Part shown: piece by piece, positions 44,604-55,181 of the stretch
Layout of the letters: every line of letters begins with the position of its first letter
How positions within the stretch are numbered: the first letter of the stretch is position 1
Assembly (NCBI GenBank): GCA_016281915.1
Contig: JAEEJO010000077.1
Location: forward strand, 65,508-129,507
From: Clostridiales bacterium
GTDB taxonomy: Bacteria; Bacillota; Clostridia; Oscillospirales; UBA644
Direction: 5' to 3'
Length of the DNA: 64,000 nt
Notes under the pieces: generated by a model
What the model saw: only the letters and a program-made list of their open reading frames with translations
Told to the model about the DNA's origin: nothing
The model's database searches: none
Position numbers and translations under genes: made by a program

Positions 44604-45806
44604 TTATATTATCGGTTCATCAGAGCGGTCTACCATAGCGCCGGGCTCTATTGTTTCATTATCGTCTATTACCGCTCCGCTGCCTATAACTGCAATCTTT
44701 CTTCCGTCGGCATCTTCTTCGCCTCCGATTATTGCATTTTCACCGATCACAGTATGGTCTCCGACGATTGCGTTTACAATGCGTGCGCCTTTTTTGATTA
44801 CGGCATCCTGCATGATTATAGAATCTTTTATATATACGTCTTTATCTACAAAAACTTTATAGAATATTACGGAATGGTCTATCGTTCCGTATATTTCGCA
44901 GCCCTCAGATATTATTGTATCCTTAAGCGAGGCGCCTTCGCCGATATATTGCGGAGGACAAACAGGATTTCTCGCATAAATTCTCCAGTTGGGATTATTG
45001 ATTATATCGCTTGTACCCTCGTTGAGAAGATCCATATTCGCTTCCCATAGGCTGTCTATCGTTCCAACGTCCTTCCAGTATCCGTCAAACGGATATGCAA
45101 ACATCTTTTCTCCGCTGTTGAGCATTTCCGGAATAATGTTTTTTCCGAAATCGTTTGAAGAATCAGGTTTCGCATCGTCTTCAATGAGATATTTTTTCAG
45201 CTTTTCCCAGGTGAATACGTAAATACCCATTGATGCTTCATTGTTTTTCGGTACCTTGGGCTTTTCTTCAAAGCTGACTATATTGCCGTCGGGAGCGGTG
45301 TTCATAATGCCGAATCTTGATGCTTCGGACATAGGAACTTTTATTACCGCAATTGTTGTGTCTGCTCCCTTTTCTTCATGGTATTCTATCATTTTCGAAT
45401 AATCCATCGAATAAATATGGTCACCTGAAAGAATGAGCACGTAATCAGGTGAATACTGCTCAATAAATCTTATATTCTGATAAATGGCGTTCGCTGTTCC
45501 CTTATACCATGCAGCGCCGCTGTTCTGCTGATACGGAGGAAGAATATATACGCCTCCGTAAAGTCTGTCAAGATCCCACGGAAGACCGTTTCTGATATAA
45601 CGGTTGAGCACCAGCGGCTGATATTGGGTAAGAACACCCACAACGTCAATGCCGGAATTGATACAGTTAGACAGCGTGAAGTCTATTATCCTGTATTTTG
45701 CTCCGAACGGAACAGCCGGCTTAGCTATGTTCTTTGTAAGAACGTGCAACCGGCTTCCCTGTCCGCCTGCGAGAAGCATTGCGATACATCTGTTTTTTTT
45801 GATCAT
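44604..45806 (-). CDS. glgC: glucose-1-phosphate adenylyltransferase
   Basis: 400 aa with [39 protein letters not shown] and a left-handed beta-helix C-terminus. Confidence 0.95.
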   Translation of the reverse strand: MIKKNRCIAMLLAGGQGSRLHVLTKNIAKPAVPFGAKYRIIDFTLSNCINSGIDVVGVLTQYQPLVLNRYIRNGLPWDLDRLYGGVYILPPYQQNSGAAWYKGTANAIYQNIRFIEQYSPDYVLILSGDHIYSMDYSKMIEYHEEKGADTTIAVIKVPMSEASRFGIMNTAPDGNIVSFEEKPKVPKNNEASMGIYVFTWEKLKKYLIEDDAKPDSSNDFGKNIIPEMLNSGEKMFAYPFDGYWKDVGTIDSLWEANMDLLNEGTSDIINNPNWRIYARNPVCPPQYIGEGASLKDTIISEGCEIYGTIDHSVIFYKVFVDKDVYIKDSIIMQDAVIKKGARIVNAIVGDHTVIGENAIIGGEEDADGRKIAVIGSGAVIDDNETIEPGAMVDRSDEPII

Positions 45807-45823
45807 AAATTGTTCCTCCTTAT

Positions 45824-47692
45824 TTATGATTTATATTCAGCTGTTTTTTTCTGTTGCAGACAAATCATTGATATCGGCGGCACGGTTAAAGCGATCTGCT
45901 GAGGCATTCCGTGCTGGTAAAACGGATATACGTCCGGCGATCCGTTTGTTATACCTGTTCCTCCGAATCTCGTTTCATCGGACGAGAAAATTTCTGTGTA
46001 TTCGCAGTTTTCCGGTACCCCGATCCGATAATCGTATCTTGTGACAGGCGCAAAATTAAAAAGGAAAATCAATGATTCTTCGTCACATTGTCTAATGAAT
46101 ACTATTATGTTCTGGTTTACGTCGTTATTTGAGATCCATCTGAAGCTTTTGTTTCTGTCGTCGTCTTTCCAGAGGGAAGGATGTTCTAGATAGAAATAAT
46201 TCAGCTCTTTTATATAATAAAGCAACCGGGCATGATCGTCATCGTAGAGAAACTGTCTTTCCTGTTCCGCATCGTGATCCCATTCTTTTTCGTATCCGAA
46301 TTCATTGCCCATAAAAGTCAGTTTTTTTCCGGGAAAGGCAATTTTGTAGCCAGCAAAAAGCCTTAATTCCGAAAATCTGTCTTCAGCGTTTCCTGCCATT
46401 TTTTTAAACATGCTCTTCCTGCCGGCGGATACGTCGTCATGCGAAAAGGGGAGGATGAAAGTTTCTGAAAATGCATATGACGCAGGGAAAACTATATTCT
46501 TATGATTGTTTTTCCTGAAAAAAGGATCTGTTTGCGCATATTCGATGGTGTCGTGAGACCATCCCATATTCCATTTAAAAGTAAATCCTAAACCGCCTGC
46601 CTGCTCTGCTCTTGTAACCATCGGCCATGCGTTGCTTTCTTCCGCAATGGTGAAAACATCGGGATAATTAACGGATACTGATTTGTTTAATTGCCTGAGA
46701 AAACCGATCGCATCGATGTTTTCACGTCCTCCGAAATCGTTTTCGTTCCACTGTCCGGGATCTCTGCCGAAATCAAGAAGCAGCATCGGAGAAACTGCGT
46801 CTGTCCTGAGTCCGTCTATGTGATATTTATCAATCCAGAAAAGCGCACTCGAAATCAGAAATGAGCGAACGCTTTCCTTTGATAGGTCAAACATGCACGT
46901 TCCCCATACGTGCAGCTCTCTTCTTGATTCATCGGAATATTCGTAAAGCCAATCGCCGTTGAACCTGTATAGCCCTTGTTCGTCTTTCGGGAAATGGCAC
47001 GCCTGCCAGTCGAATATTACCCCTATGCCGTGGCAGTGGCAGTAATCTACGAAGTATTTCAGCCCGTCAGGAGATCCGTAACGGGAGGACGGGGCAAAAT
47101 AACCGGTTATCTCATACCCCCAGGATCCGTAAAACGGGTGTTCCATAACAGGCATAAGCTCTATATGAGTATATCCGTTTTCTTTTACATAAGGAACAAT
47201 TTCTTCGGCAAGCTCACGGTAGCTCAGAAATGATCCGTCCTGTTTTCTTTTCCATGATCCGATATGACATTCGTAAATGTTCATCGGTGATTTCCGGATT
47301 TCTTTCTTTTTTCTCGATTCAAGCCATTTGCTGTCGTGCCACAGATATGACGTGTGATCGTAAATTTTAGAGGTAAAAACGTCGTTTACGTCCGTGCAAA
47401 AAGAATACGGATCAGCCTTTTCCAGCTTTCCGTTTTTTGTGATAACAAGATATTTATAAGAAGAAAAAAAGTCGATTCCTTTTTTTGTCAATTCGAATTC
47501 TCCGGGAACACCGTTGGGCTTCATTTTGAAGTCGGGATCTTCCTTGACATAGCCGTTGAAATCGCCGAAAACATATATATCCTTAACGTCCGGCGCCCAT
47601 ACGCAAAAAACGCATACACCGTCTGTGATATGCGCTCCGTAGTATTCATAATTTCTGCCGTTGCTATTGTTTGTCTCGGTTTTACATTCCAT
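45824..47692 (-). CDS. glgB: 1,4-alpha-glucan branching enzyme
   Basis: 622 aa with GH13 blocks [15 protein letters not shown] and FTIAEES, plus an N-terminal CBM48-like region. Confidence 0.95.
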   Translation of the reverse strand: MECKTETNNSNGRNYEYYGAHITDGVCVFCVWAPDVKDIYVFGDFNGYVKEDPDFKMKPNGVPGEFELTKKGIDFFSSYKYLVITKNGKLEKADPYSFCTDVNDVFTSKIYDHTSYLWHDSKWLESRKKKEIRKSPMNIYECHIGSWKRKQDGSFLSYRELAEEIVPYVKENGYTHIELMPVMEHPFYGSWGYEITGYFAPSSRYGSPDGLKYFVDYCHCHGIGVIFDWQACHFPKDEQGLYRFNGDWLYEYSDESRRELHVWGTCMFDLSKESVRSFLISSALFWIDKYHIDGLRTDAVSPMLLLDFGRDPGQWNENDFGGRENIDAIGFLRQLNKSVSVNYPDVFTIAEESNAWPMVTRAEQAGGLGFTFKWNMGWSHDTIEYAQTDPFFRKNNHKNIVFPASYAFSETFILPFSHDDVSAGRKSMFKKMAGNAEDRFSELRLFAGYKIAFPGKKLTFMGNEFGYEKEWDHDAEQERQFLYDDDHARLLYYIKELNYFYLEHPSLWKDDDRNKSFRWISNNDVNQNIIVFIRQCDEESLIFLFNFAPVTRYDYRIGVPENCEYTEIFSSDETRFGGTGITNGSPDVYPFYQHGMPQQIALTVPPISMICLQQKKTAEYKS

Positions 47693-47735
47693 CGGTTGAC
47701 CCTTCCGGAGTGATAATACTTTTATTTCTTTTTAT

Positions 47736-47764
47736 ATTTTACCACATATCTTGTGATTTTTCAA
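47736..47764 (-). promoter_or_regulatory. sigma-A type promoter of the glg operon
   Basis: On the minus strand: TTGAAA (47764-47759), 17 nt, TAAAAT (47741-47736) preceded by TGg. Confidence 0.6.
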
Positions 47765-47866
47765 TCTTAATAAGTGAAAATTTTTCTAAAAAAATAAAAA
47801 TAATAATAAAAGTGTTGAAATCTAATTTAAAATGTGCTAAAATAACTATAACAGGATTAAGGGGGC

Positions 47867-48775
47867 ATGAAAGTGGAATTCGTTGTTTTGCTTATATTTA
47901 TTATTGCGTTCATTGCCTTTCTCATAGTGATGGGCGAACGCATTCTTGTGTCTTCCATAATTCGCCCTAAAAAGTCCGTGCAGAAAACGCCTGTACCAGA
48001 AATAAGATTTCAGAATGAAAGACGGTTTACCGTCAATTCTTCGTCAGGTGTTCCTATATCTTTCCTGTATATTCCTCTCAGCGATGACGGCGCAGCTCCT
48101 GAGAAAATAGTTTTCCTTTTCCACGGATACAATTCTTCGGGAGAAGCTGTGAAAAAATACGCCGAATTCTTCTTACGTGAAGGTTTTTCCGTCATTATTC
48201 CGGATAATCGTTTCTGCGGACACAGCGGCGGCGAAAATCTCGGATTGGCAGTGCTTGACGCCAATGATACGCTTGCGATTTTCAACTGGATAAAAGACTG
48301 CTTCCCCGGAAAGATTCCAGTCGGTCTTTTCGGAGAATCGTTCGGCGCAGCGCAGGCGATCCTCCTTGCCGCATCATCACAGATTCGTGATATTTCTTTC
48401 GTTATTTCGGACAGTTCATTTTCCGATCTTTACACTTTCCTCAAGGAACGCGTTCGTGTTGACTATAGGATAAAGGCGTTCCCGCTGCTTACGATTGCAA
48501 CCGTTATTCTTAAAAAGAAATACGGTATCGATGCAAAAAATACAAGCCCTCTCAGATCGCTTTCTAAATGCGGCGAGATCCCCATGTTTTTTATACACGG
48601 AGAAAACGATACCTATATTCTTCCGCAGATGTCCATAGATCTCTATAATGCTAAAAATTCCGGATATAAAAAGTTTTTCCTTGCTGAAGGAGCCGGACAT
48701 TGTGCTGCATATGAATCAGATCCGGATACATATGAAGAAAAGCTGAAAGAATTTCTCGATAAAATCAATATATAA
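47867..48775 (+). CDS. alpha/beta-fold hydrolase with N-terminal membrane anchor
   Basis: 302 aa with a TM helix at the N-terminus, nucleophile elbow GESFGA and FHGYNSS. An AGGGGG RBS is present. Confidence 0.85.
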   Translation: MKVEFVVLLIFIIAFIAFLIVMGERILVSSIIRPKKSVQKTPVPEIRFQNERRFTVNSSSGVPISFLYIPLSDDGAAPEKIVFLFHGYNSSGEAVKKYAEFFLREGFSVIIPDNRFCGHSGGENLGLAVLDANDTLAIFNWIKDCFPGKIPVGLFGESFGAAQAILLAASSQIRDISFVISDSSFSDLYTFLKERVRVDYRIKAFPLLTIATVILKKKYGIDAKNTSPLRSLSKCGEIPMFFIHGENDTYILPQMSIDLYNAKNSGYKKFFLAEGAGHCAAYESDPDTYEEKLKEFLDKINI

Positions 48776-48800
48776 AACGTAATAAATAACAGGGGATTTC

Positions 48801-49961
48801 ATGACTTTTGATCTTATTGCTACCACTGCTTTCGGTATAGAGCCAATTACCGCAAGAGAACTTGAAAATTTAGGATTTTCCGATCTTAAAGTTGAAAACG
48901 GAAGGATCACTTTCAGGGGCGACGAGCGCGATATTGCGCGCTGCAACATCAATCTTCGCACTGCCGACAGAATCCTTATCAGAGCCGCCGAATTCAAAGC
49001 TGTCACTTTTGAAGAGCTTTTTCAGGGGGTAAAGGCGATTCCATGGGGAGATTATCTGCCCGAGGATGCAGAAATGCATGTAGTTGGCAGATCTGTCAGG
49101 TCAGGACTTTACAGCGTTCCCGATTGTCAGTCTATTACCAAAAAGGCGATAATCGAGAAGATGAAGGAAAAATACAATAGGACTGTTTTTGATGAGACCG
49201 GTCCTAAATATAAAATTGAAGTCGCCCTGTTGAAAGATATCGTTTCAATCACCGTTGATACTACCGGTGCCGGGCTGAACAAGCGTGGATACAGAAAAAT
49301 CGTAGGCGAAGCTCCCCTGAAAGAAACAATGGCATGCGCGCTTCTTTTGCTGACTTACTGGAAACGAGGCAGAATCCTTGTGGATCCTCTTTGCGGATCA
49401 GGCACCATTCCGATTGAGGCTGCAATGATTGCCAAGAATATCGCACCGGGTGTAAACAGAAGCTTCGTCAGTGAAACATGGAAAGACTTTGATTCCGGCA
49501 TATGGAAGGCTGTCAGAGAGGAAGCAAAGGCGGGCGAAATCCGGGATATTCCCCAGACGATTTTCGGAAGCGATCTTAATCCTAAGTCCGTTGATTTAGC
49601 TCTTCTTCACGCTAAAGAAGCGGGAGTAGGGGACGCTGTCTCCTTCAAACAGATGAACGTTCTTGATTTATACTCAAATGATAAATACGGTTTTATCGTG
49701 ACCAATCCTCCGTATGGGGAACGTATAGGCGAAATGAGGGCAGTCGAATCTCTTTACCGTGATCTCGGTAAGGTTTATAAGCGCCTTGATACATGGTCTT
49801 TTTACATAATCACCTCTCATCCTTCATTTGAAAAACTGTTCGGAAAAATTGCAGATAAAAGAAGAAAACTATATAACGGTCAACTGCTGTGCCAATACTA
49901 TCAGTATCTCGGACCTAAACCGCCAAAGAACATAGATTTAACAACATCAGAAGATCGTTAA
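48801..49961 (+). CDS. THUMP-domain class I SAM-dependent RNA methyltransferase (RlmL/YpsC-like)
   Basis: 386 aa with SAM motif DPLCGSGTIPIEAA and catalytic NPPYGER. Confidence 0.9.
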   Translation: MTFDLIATTAFGIEPITARELENLGFSDLKVENGRITFRGDERDIARCNINLRTADRILIRAAEFKAVTFEELFQGVKAIPWGDYLPEDAEMHVVGRSVRSGLYSVPDCQSITKKAIIEKMKEKYNRTVFDETGPKYKIEVALLKDIVSITVDTTGAGLNKRGYRKIVGEAPLKETMACALLLLTYWKRGRILVDPLCGSGTIPIEAAMIAKNIAPGVNRSFVSETWKDFDSGIWKAVREEAKAGEIRDIPQTIFGSDLNPKSVDLALLHAKEAGVGDAVSFKQMNVLDLYSNDKYGFIVTNPPYGERIGEMRAVESLYRDLGKVYKRLDTWSFYIITSHPSFEKLFGKIADKRRKLYNGQLLCQYYQYLGPKPPKNIDLTTSEDR

Positions 49962-50014
49962 TTCCGAATTTTTTGTAAATTTTCGTATTTATTTATTACA
50001 TTTCACGAAATCAC

Positions 50015-50043
50015 TTGCTTTTTTTGTATAAAATTGTTATAAT
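50015..50043 (+). promoter_or_regulatory. sigma-A type promoter
   Basis: TTGCTT (50015-50020), 17 nt, TATAAT (50038-50043) with TGt extended -10. Confidence 0.6.
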
Positions 50044-50112
50044 ACAAAAGATAGATAATAGAATTTGCTTTTCATCTGCTAATCTATTTATCTATCCGCT
50101 TGGGAAGAAATA

Positions 50113-51354
50113 ATGAACGTTCTGAAAGCAGACTGTGTTGTTGTCGGCGGCGGCGCATCGGGTTTGATGGCTGCAGGTTTTGCGGCAAAAGCTGCCGAGA
50201 ATAAAAAAATTGTCCTTATCGAAAAGAATAACAGCCTCGGAAGAAAACTGTTGATTACCGGGAAAGGTCGATGCAACGTTACCAATAATTGCGATCTTGA
50301 CACTTTTATGCGTAACGTTGTCAATAACGGCAGATTTCTTTATTCTGCAGTTTCATCATTTTTACCTTCTGATACCATATCGTTTTTTGAGTCACTCGGT
50401 GTAGAATTGAAGACGGAACGTGGAAACCGTGTTTTTCCCGTTTCAGACCATTCTTCGGATATCCTCAATGCGCTGAAAAGGCATTGCTCAGGAAAAAACT
50501 TATCGGAATATCAGGGAATTTTGTCCGACATTATCACAGAACAGGGCCATGTGTCGGCTTGTGTTCTTTCTGACGGCACTAAAATAGAATGTTCGGCAGT
50601 CATACTGGCAACAGGCGGCAAGTCGTATCCGCAAACTGGTTCAGACGGTGAGGGATACAGGATCGCCGAAAAAAACGGACATAAAATCGTCCCCGTAAAA
50701 CCTTCTCTTGTTCCGATAGATGTTGAAGAATCCCGAATATGTGCAGAACTTGAGGGTCTTTCTTTAAAGAATACCCAGCTTGGTCTTTACCGTAACGGAA
50801 AAGCCGTTTTTTCCGATTTCGGCGAAATGCTTTTTACGTCTTCAGGTCTTTCCGGTCCAATTGTTTTATCCGCAAGCGCCCATGCGCAAAAAGGTGATAT
50901 TATCAGTCTCGATTTAAAGCCGGCGCTTGATGAAAAAACGCTTGATGCCAGAATTCTATCCGATTTTTCCAAATATGCAAATAAGGACTTCGTTAATTCA
51001 CTTGACGATCTCCTTCCGAAAAAAATGATTCCTGTTATTGTTGGTCTTTCACAGATCCCAATACATAAAAAAATCAATTCGATTACCAAATCAGAACGTT
51101 TATCTCTGTTGAAACTGCTCAAAAGCCTTGATTTTACCGTAAAAGGATTAAGACCGATTGAAGAGGCTATAATAACATCAGGCGGAGTTTCCGTTAAAGA
51201 TATCGATCCGAAAACGATGCAGTCAAAGATAGTTGAAGGTTTGTTCTTTGCGGGTGAGATTATAGACTGCGATGCCTATACAGGCGGTTTTAATTTGCAG
51301 ATAGCGTTTTCTACCGGCAGACTTGCCGGATTATCGGCAGCAAGACAATTATGA
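50113..51354 (+). CDS. HI0933/BaiN-family FAD-dependent oxidoreductase
   Basis: 413 aa with dinucleotide fold DCVVVGGGASGLMAA, TGKGRCNVTN and GEIIDCDAYTGGFNLQ. Confidence 0.9.
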   Translation: MNVLKADCVVVGGGASGLMAAGFAAKAAENKKIVLIEKNNSLGRKLLITGKGRCNVTNNCDLDTFMRNVVNNGRFLYSAVSSFLPSDTISFFESLGVELKTERGNRVFPVSDHSSDILNALKRHCSGKNLSEYQGILSDIITEQGHVSACVLSDGTKIECSAVILATGGKSYPQTGSDGEGYRIAEKNGHKIVPVKPSLVPIDVEESRICAELEGLSLKNTQLGLYRNGKAVFSDFGEMLFTSSGLSGPIVLSASAHAQKGDIISLDLKPALDEKTLDARILSDFSKYANKDFVNSLDDLLPKKMIPVIVGLSQIPIHKKINSITKSERLSLLKLLKSLDFTVKGLRPIEEAIITSGGVSVKDIDPKTMQSKIVEGLFFAGEIIDCDAYTGGFNLQIAFSTGRLAGLSAARQL

Positions 51355-51363
51355 GGTAATATT

Positions 51364-51792
51364 ATGCAGGAAAAAGGTAGCAGGGACGTTGCCCAGGCAG
51401 CAGTAAGGATGTCTGCCACATCAACACGTGAAGAGGAATCTCTTCTTAAATCATCCTTGGTTTCATCCGATATAAACGTAGGCGCAATAGATTTCGGCGG
51501 CGATTATGTCTCCTCGATCAATAAAATTATCGACCGTGCAGTCTTTCTTGCGAAAAGAGAAAAAATAATCGGCGATACTCATGAAGAGGAAGGCTCCGTT
51601 GCGGGAGCAGCTCATGAGGCTGTGATTCAGATAATGCAAAAAGCGATGGGTATGAATATCGGCGGAAAAATCGCAGTTGCAAGAAGCGGTGAACACGTCG
51701 CCGTGGCGGTTTTCTTCGGCATCGGAATGCTTCATCTGAATGAAGTCGCTATCGGACTCGGACACAGAGCAATAAAAGAATACAACGAATAA
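51364..51792 (+). CDS. HutP-family-like small protein (tentative)
   Basis: 142 aa. By eye it resembles HutP in the segments EEGSVAGAAHEAVIQIM and GEHVAVAVFFGIGMLHLNEVAIGLGH. No search was possible. Confidence 0.5.
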   Translation: MQEKGSRDVAQAAVRMSATSTREEESLLKSSLVSSDINVGAIDFGGDYVSSINKIIDRAVFLAKREKIIGDTHEEEGSVAGAAHEAVIQIMQKAMGMNIGGKIAVARSGEHVAVAVFFGIGMLHLNEVAIGLGHRAIKEYNE

Positions 51793-51808
51793 AAGTAACG
51801 GTAAATAA

Positions 51809-52486
51809 ATGAGAACAGTCAATATAGCAATAGACGGTCCTGCCGGAGCAGGAAAAAGCAGTCTTGCCAAAGCAATTGCGTCAAAGCTCGGCTATACATA
51901 TATTGATACGGGCGCACTTTACAGAGCAGTTGCGTATAAAACTCTTAATTCCGGCTATTCTCCATCCGATAAAGATTCAATCACCTCAATGCTTTTGCAT
52001 ACTTCGATTTCGTTTCGTCATATAAACGGTAATCAGCGCGTTTATGTTGACGGTGATGACGTAACGGATAAGATCAGAACTAATGAGATTTCATCTGCTG
52101 CATCAACAGTATCTGCAATTTCTGATGTACGTGCGTTTTTGCTCGGACTGCAAAGAGATATTGCCGCAAAAGAGAATACGGTAATGGACGGAAGAGATAT
52201 CGGAACCGTTGTTCTGCCCTCTGCGGATGTCAAAATTTTCCTGACAGCCTCGGCGGAGGACCGTGCAATGAGAAGATATACGGAACAGAAAGACACTCCT
52301 CATTGTGTTTCCTATGAAGAAATCCTCTCAACCATGAAAAAACGTGATAAAAACGACTCGGAGCGCGCCGTGGCTCCTCTGAAACCTGCTGATGATGCGA
52401 TAATACTTGATAACAGCGGGTTTGAACCTGAACAAACTTTAGCCTATGCGCTACAAATAATAGAGAACAGATTAAATGCTTTATAA
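51809..52486 (+). CDS. cmk: cytidylate kinase
   Basis: 225 aa with P-loop IAIDGPAGAGKSS, IDTGALYR and MDGRDIGT. Confidence 0.95.
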   Translation: MRTVNIAIDGPAGAGKSSLAKAIASKLGYTYIDTGALYRAVAYKTLNSGYSPSDKDSITSMLLHTSISFRHINGNQRVYVDGDDVTDKIRTNEISSAASTVSAISDVRAFLLGLQRDIAAKENTVMDGRDIGTVVLPSADVKIFLTASAEDRAMRRYTEQKDTPHCVSYEEILSTMKKRDKNDSERAVAPLKPADDAIILDNSGFEPEQTLAYALQIIENRLNAL

Positions 52487-53084
52487 AATTGCCAGAGTAT
52501 TATTTAATATATACTGTCATCTTTTCAATCGAACCCGAATTTACGGTCGTGAAAACGAACCTCAAGAGGGGCCTGTGATCCTGTTTTGCAATCACCAGTC
52601 GATGTTTGATATTCTTCCTTTGAATATTGCCATCAAAAGACAGATCAACTTCATGGGCAAGGCTTCTCTTTTCAAGGTTCCCGTTGTAAGATTCTTCGCA
52701 AAAAAATACGGGGCTTTTCCTGTAGATAGAGAAAAGGCAGACCTTTCTGCAATAAAAAACTCACTTAAAACTCTTAAAAGTAAGAATATTTTAGGTATTT
52801 TCCCTGAAGGTACAAGAGTCAAAAACGGACTTACAAAAGACGGTCGTCCGCCGGAGATCAAAGCGGGATTCGTAATGATAGCAATGAAGTCCAAAGCAAC
52901 TATGCTGCCTGTCCGTATAGACTATAAAAGAATGTTTTTCCTTTTCAACAGCATAAAAGTTTACATCGGCAAGCCATTTACTATTGATGAGGAATTCAAA
53001 GACGGCGTCAAACCTGAGGAAATGAGCAAAGCCGGAGAATTATTGATGAATAAAGTCTATTCTCTCAACGAAGACAATATATGA
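52476..53084 (+). CDS. plsC: 1-acyl-sn-glycerol-3-phosphate acyltransferase
   Basis: 202 aa with the HX4D motif NHQSMFD and FPEGTR. Confidence 0.85.
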   Translation: MLYKIARVLFNIYCHLFNRTRIYGRENEPQEGPVILFCNHQSMFDILPLNIAIKRQINFMGKASLFKVPVVRFFAKKYGAFPVDREKADLSAIKNSLKTLKSKNILGIFPEGTRVKNGLTKDGRPPEIKAGFVMIAMKSKATMLPVRIDYKRMFFLFNSIKVYIGKPFTIDEEFKDGVKPEEMSKAGELLMNKVYSLNEDNI

Positions 53085-55084
53085 AAATATATAAGACCAA
53101 AACAAACGGCTTCTGCTTCGGAGTTAAACGGGCGGTCGAGCAAACTTTCGATATTCTGAAAAACAGGCAGCTTCCTGTTTATTTGATAGGCGAGCTTATT
53201 CATAACGATAAAATCACAGAGCAGCTTATATCCCTAGGTGCCGTAATTGTTGAGTCAGCTGACAGTATTCCGGACAATTCAATTGCCGTCATTCGGGCTC
53301 ACGGAGTATCTGCCGCAGTTGAGGAAAGTCTGAAGGCAAGAAACATATCATTCTATGATATGACCTGTCCGAAAGTCAAGAATATCCATAGAATCGCATC
53401 ACAGTCAGATAACCTGATAATTGTCGGTAATCCCGAACATCCCGAAACAATCGGTATCGCCGGACATGCTAAGAATAATTATGTCTTTGCCGAATCCTTC
53501 GAAGATATAAAAACGCTTGTTTCTGATCCTGCTTTTTCCGGTATCGGAACGGATTTAGTATTTCAAACAACGTTTATAGTATCTGAGTTTAGAAGAATAA
53601 AGGAATTTATTGCTGATTTTCCGTATATAACAATTCACAATACTATTTGCAATTCAACGGAAATCAGACAAAAAGAGGTTGAAGAACTTTCCCGGAACGT
53701 CGATTTATTCATTATTATCGGTTCTCCTAAAAGTTCCAACACCAGAAAGCTCTATGAAATCGCATCACGGAACTGCAAGGCGGTTTTTTATGAGCAACTT
53801 GATTCGTTACCAAATGGCATCCATATATACGAAAAAATAGGACTGGCTTCCGGTGCTTCATGCCCTGAAAGTGCAGTCGAGGAGGTTTTTAACAACATGA
53901 ACAACGAAAACGACAACAAAAATCCGATGGTAGAAGAGGATGTTAATTTCCTTGAAGCCGTCGAAGCATCGATTAGAACGATCCGTAACGGACAGCGCGT
54001 TCAAGGTGTTGTAACGGCTATAAACGGAACGGAAGTGCAGGTCGATTTAGGACTCAAATATGCCGGCTTTATCCCTGCGGCTGAATTTGAGAACGATGAG
54101 ACACCGCTTAAAATCGGCGATGAGATCGAAGCATTTGTTGTCAAGGTCAACGATGCGGACGGAACGGCGCTTCTGTCTAAGCGTAGCCTTGATATCGCTC
54201 AGGGCATGGATAAAATCATCAAGGCAAACGAAGAGGGTGCCGTAGTAAGAGGAAAGGTCGTCGAGGCAGTCAAGGGCGGCGTAGTCGTTCTTGTCAATAA
54301 GATCAGAGTCTTTGTCCCCGCATCACAGGCGTCTCTGAAACGTGAAGAAAACTTTGATGCACTCGTTGGCACAGAAGTTAATCTGCGCATAATTGAAGTT
54401 GATAACGATAAGTCGGGAAGACGCAAGAGAATTATCGGCTCTATAAAGAGTGTTCTCAGAGAAGAAAAACAGAAAGCAAATGAAGCTCTTTGGCAGTCTC
54501 TCGCTGAAGGCAATGAATATCAGGGCGTAGTTAAATCCGTTACTGATTTCGGTATCTTTGTTGATATCGGTGGTGCAGACGGACTCGTTCACGTAACCGA
54601 TATGTCTTGGGACAGAGTATCCAAACCCGCAGATCTCGTTAAAGTCGGTGACACTGTCAAGGTTAAGGTAAAGAGCCTCAACCCCGAAACAAAGAAGATT
54701 TCGCTTACCATGAAGGATGAAAACGAGAATCCCTGGAAGATACTTACGGAAACATATAAAGTCGGTGATATTATTGATGTAACCGTTCTTAAGATCATGC
54801 CTTACGGCGCTTTCGTTTCGGTTATCAAGAATATTGACGGTCTCGTACATATTTCTCAGATTGCTCCCCGCCGTATCGCAAAAGTATCCGATGTGCTTGA
54901 AGTCGGTCAGCAGGTAAAGGCGCAGATCACTGAGATCAACGTTGAAGCAAAACGCGTCAGCCTTTCTATCCGTGCGGTAGAAGAAGCAAATTCCGATGCT
55001 CCCGCTGCGGAAGAAATCGTTTCCGACGATGTTAATATTGTATCGGATGAAACGGCTTCTGAAAATACCTCGGACGCCGAATAA
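53081..55084 (+). CDS. ispH: bifunctional 4-hydroxy-3-methylbut-2-enyl diphosphate reductase / ribosomal protein S1 fusion
   Basis: 667 aa. The N-terminal ~280 aa are IspH-like (GFCFGVKRAV, RAHGV, MTCPKV, ICNST, SSNT). Four S1 OB-fold repeats follow, each with G.V....FG.FV...G..GL.H. Confidence 0.9.
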   Translation: MKIYKTKTNGFCFGVKRAVEQTFDILKNRQLPVYLIGELIHNDKITEQLISLGAVIVESADSIPDNSIAVIRAHGVSAAVEESLKARNISFYDMTCPKVKNIHRIASQSDNLIIVGNPEHPETIGIAGHAKNNYVFAESFEDIKTLVSDPAFSGIGTDLVFQTTFIVSEFRRIKEFIADFPYITIHNTICNSTEIRQKEVEELSRNVDLFIIIGSPKSSNTRKLYEIASRNCKAVFYEQLDSLPNGIHIYEKIGLASGASCPESAVEEVFNNMNNENDNKNPMVEEDVNFLEAVEASIRTIRNGQRVQGVVTAINGTEVQVDLGLKYAGFIPAAEFENDETPLKIGDEIEAFVVKVNDADGTALLSKRSLDIAQGMDKIIKANEEGAVVRGKVVEAVKGGVVVLVNKIRVFVPASQASLKREENFDALVGTEVNLRIIEVDNDKSGRRKRIIGSIKSVLREEKQKANEALWQSLAEGNEYQGVVKSVTDFGIFVDIGGADGLVHVTDMSWDRVSKPADLVKVGDTVKVKVKSLNPETKKISLTMKDENENPWKILTETYKVGDIIDVTVLKIMPYGAFVSVIKNIDGLVHISQIAPRRIAKVSDVLEVGQQVKAQITEINVEAKRVSLSIRAVEEANSDAPAAEEIVSDDVNIVSDETASENTSDAE

Positions 55085-55103
55085 TTCAATTTTCGAAACA
55101 TAG

Positions 55104-55138
55104 GAGTCAGATGGTCTTTTCGGACCGTCTGACTCTTT
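55104..55138 (+). terminator. strong hairpin after ispH::S1 (terminator or attenuator; weak T-run)
   Basis: 13-bp stem 55104-55116/55123-55135 (one G-U) followed by TTT. Confidence 0.45.
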
Positions 55139-55181
55139 GCGGAAATACTTTTTATTTTATCACTAAACGGAGATAAATGCA

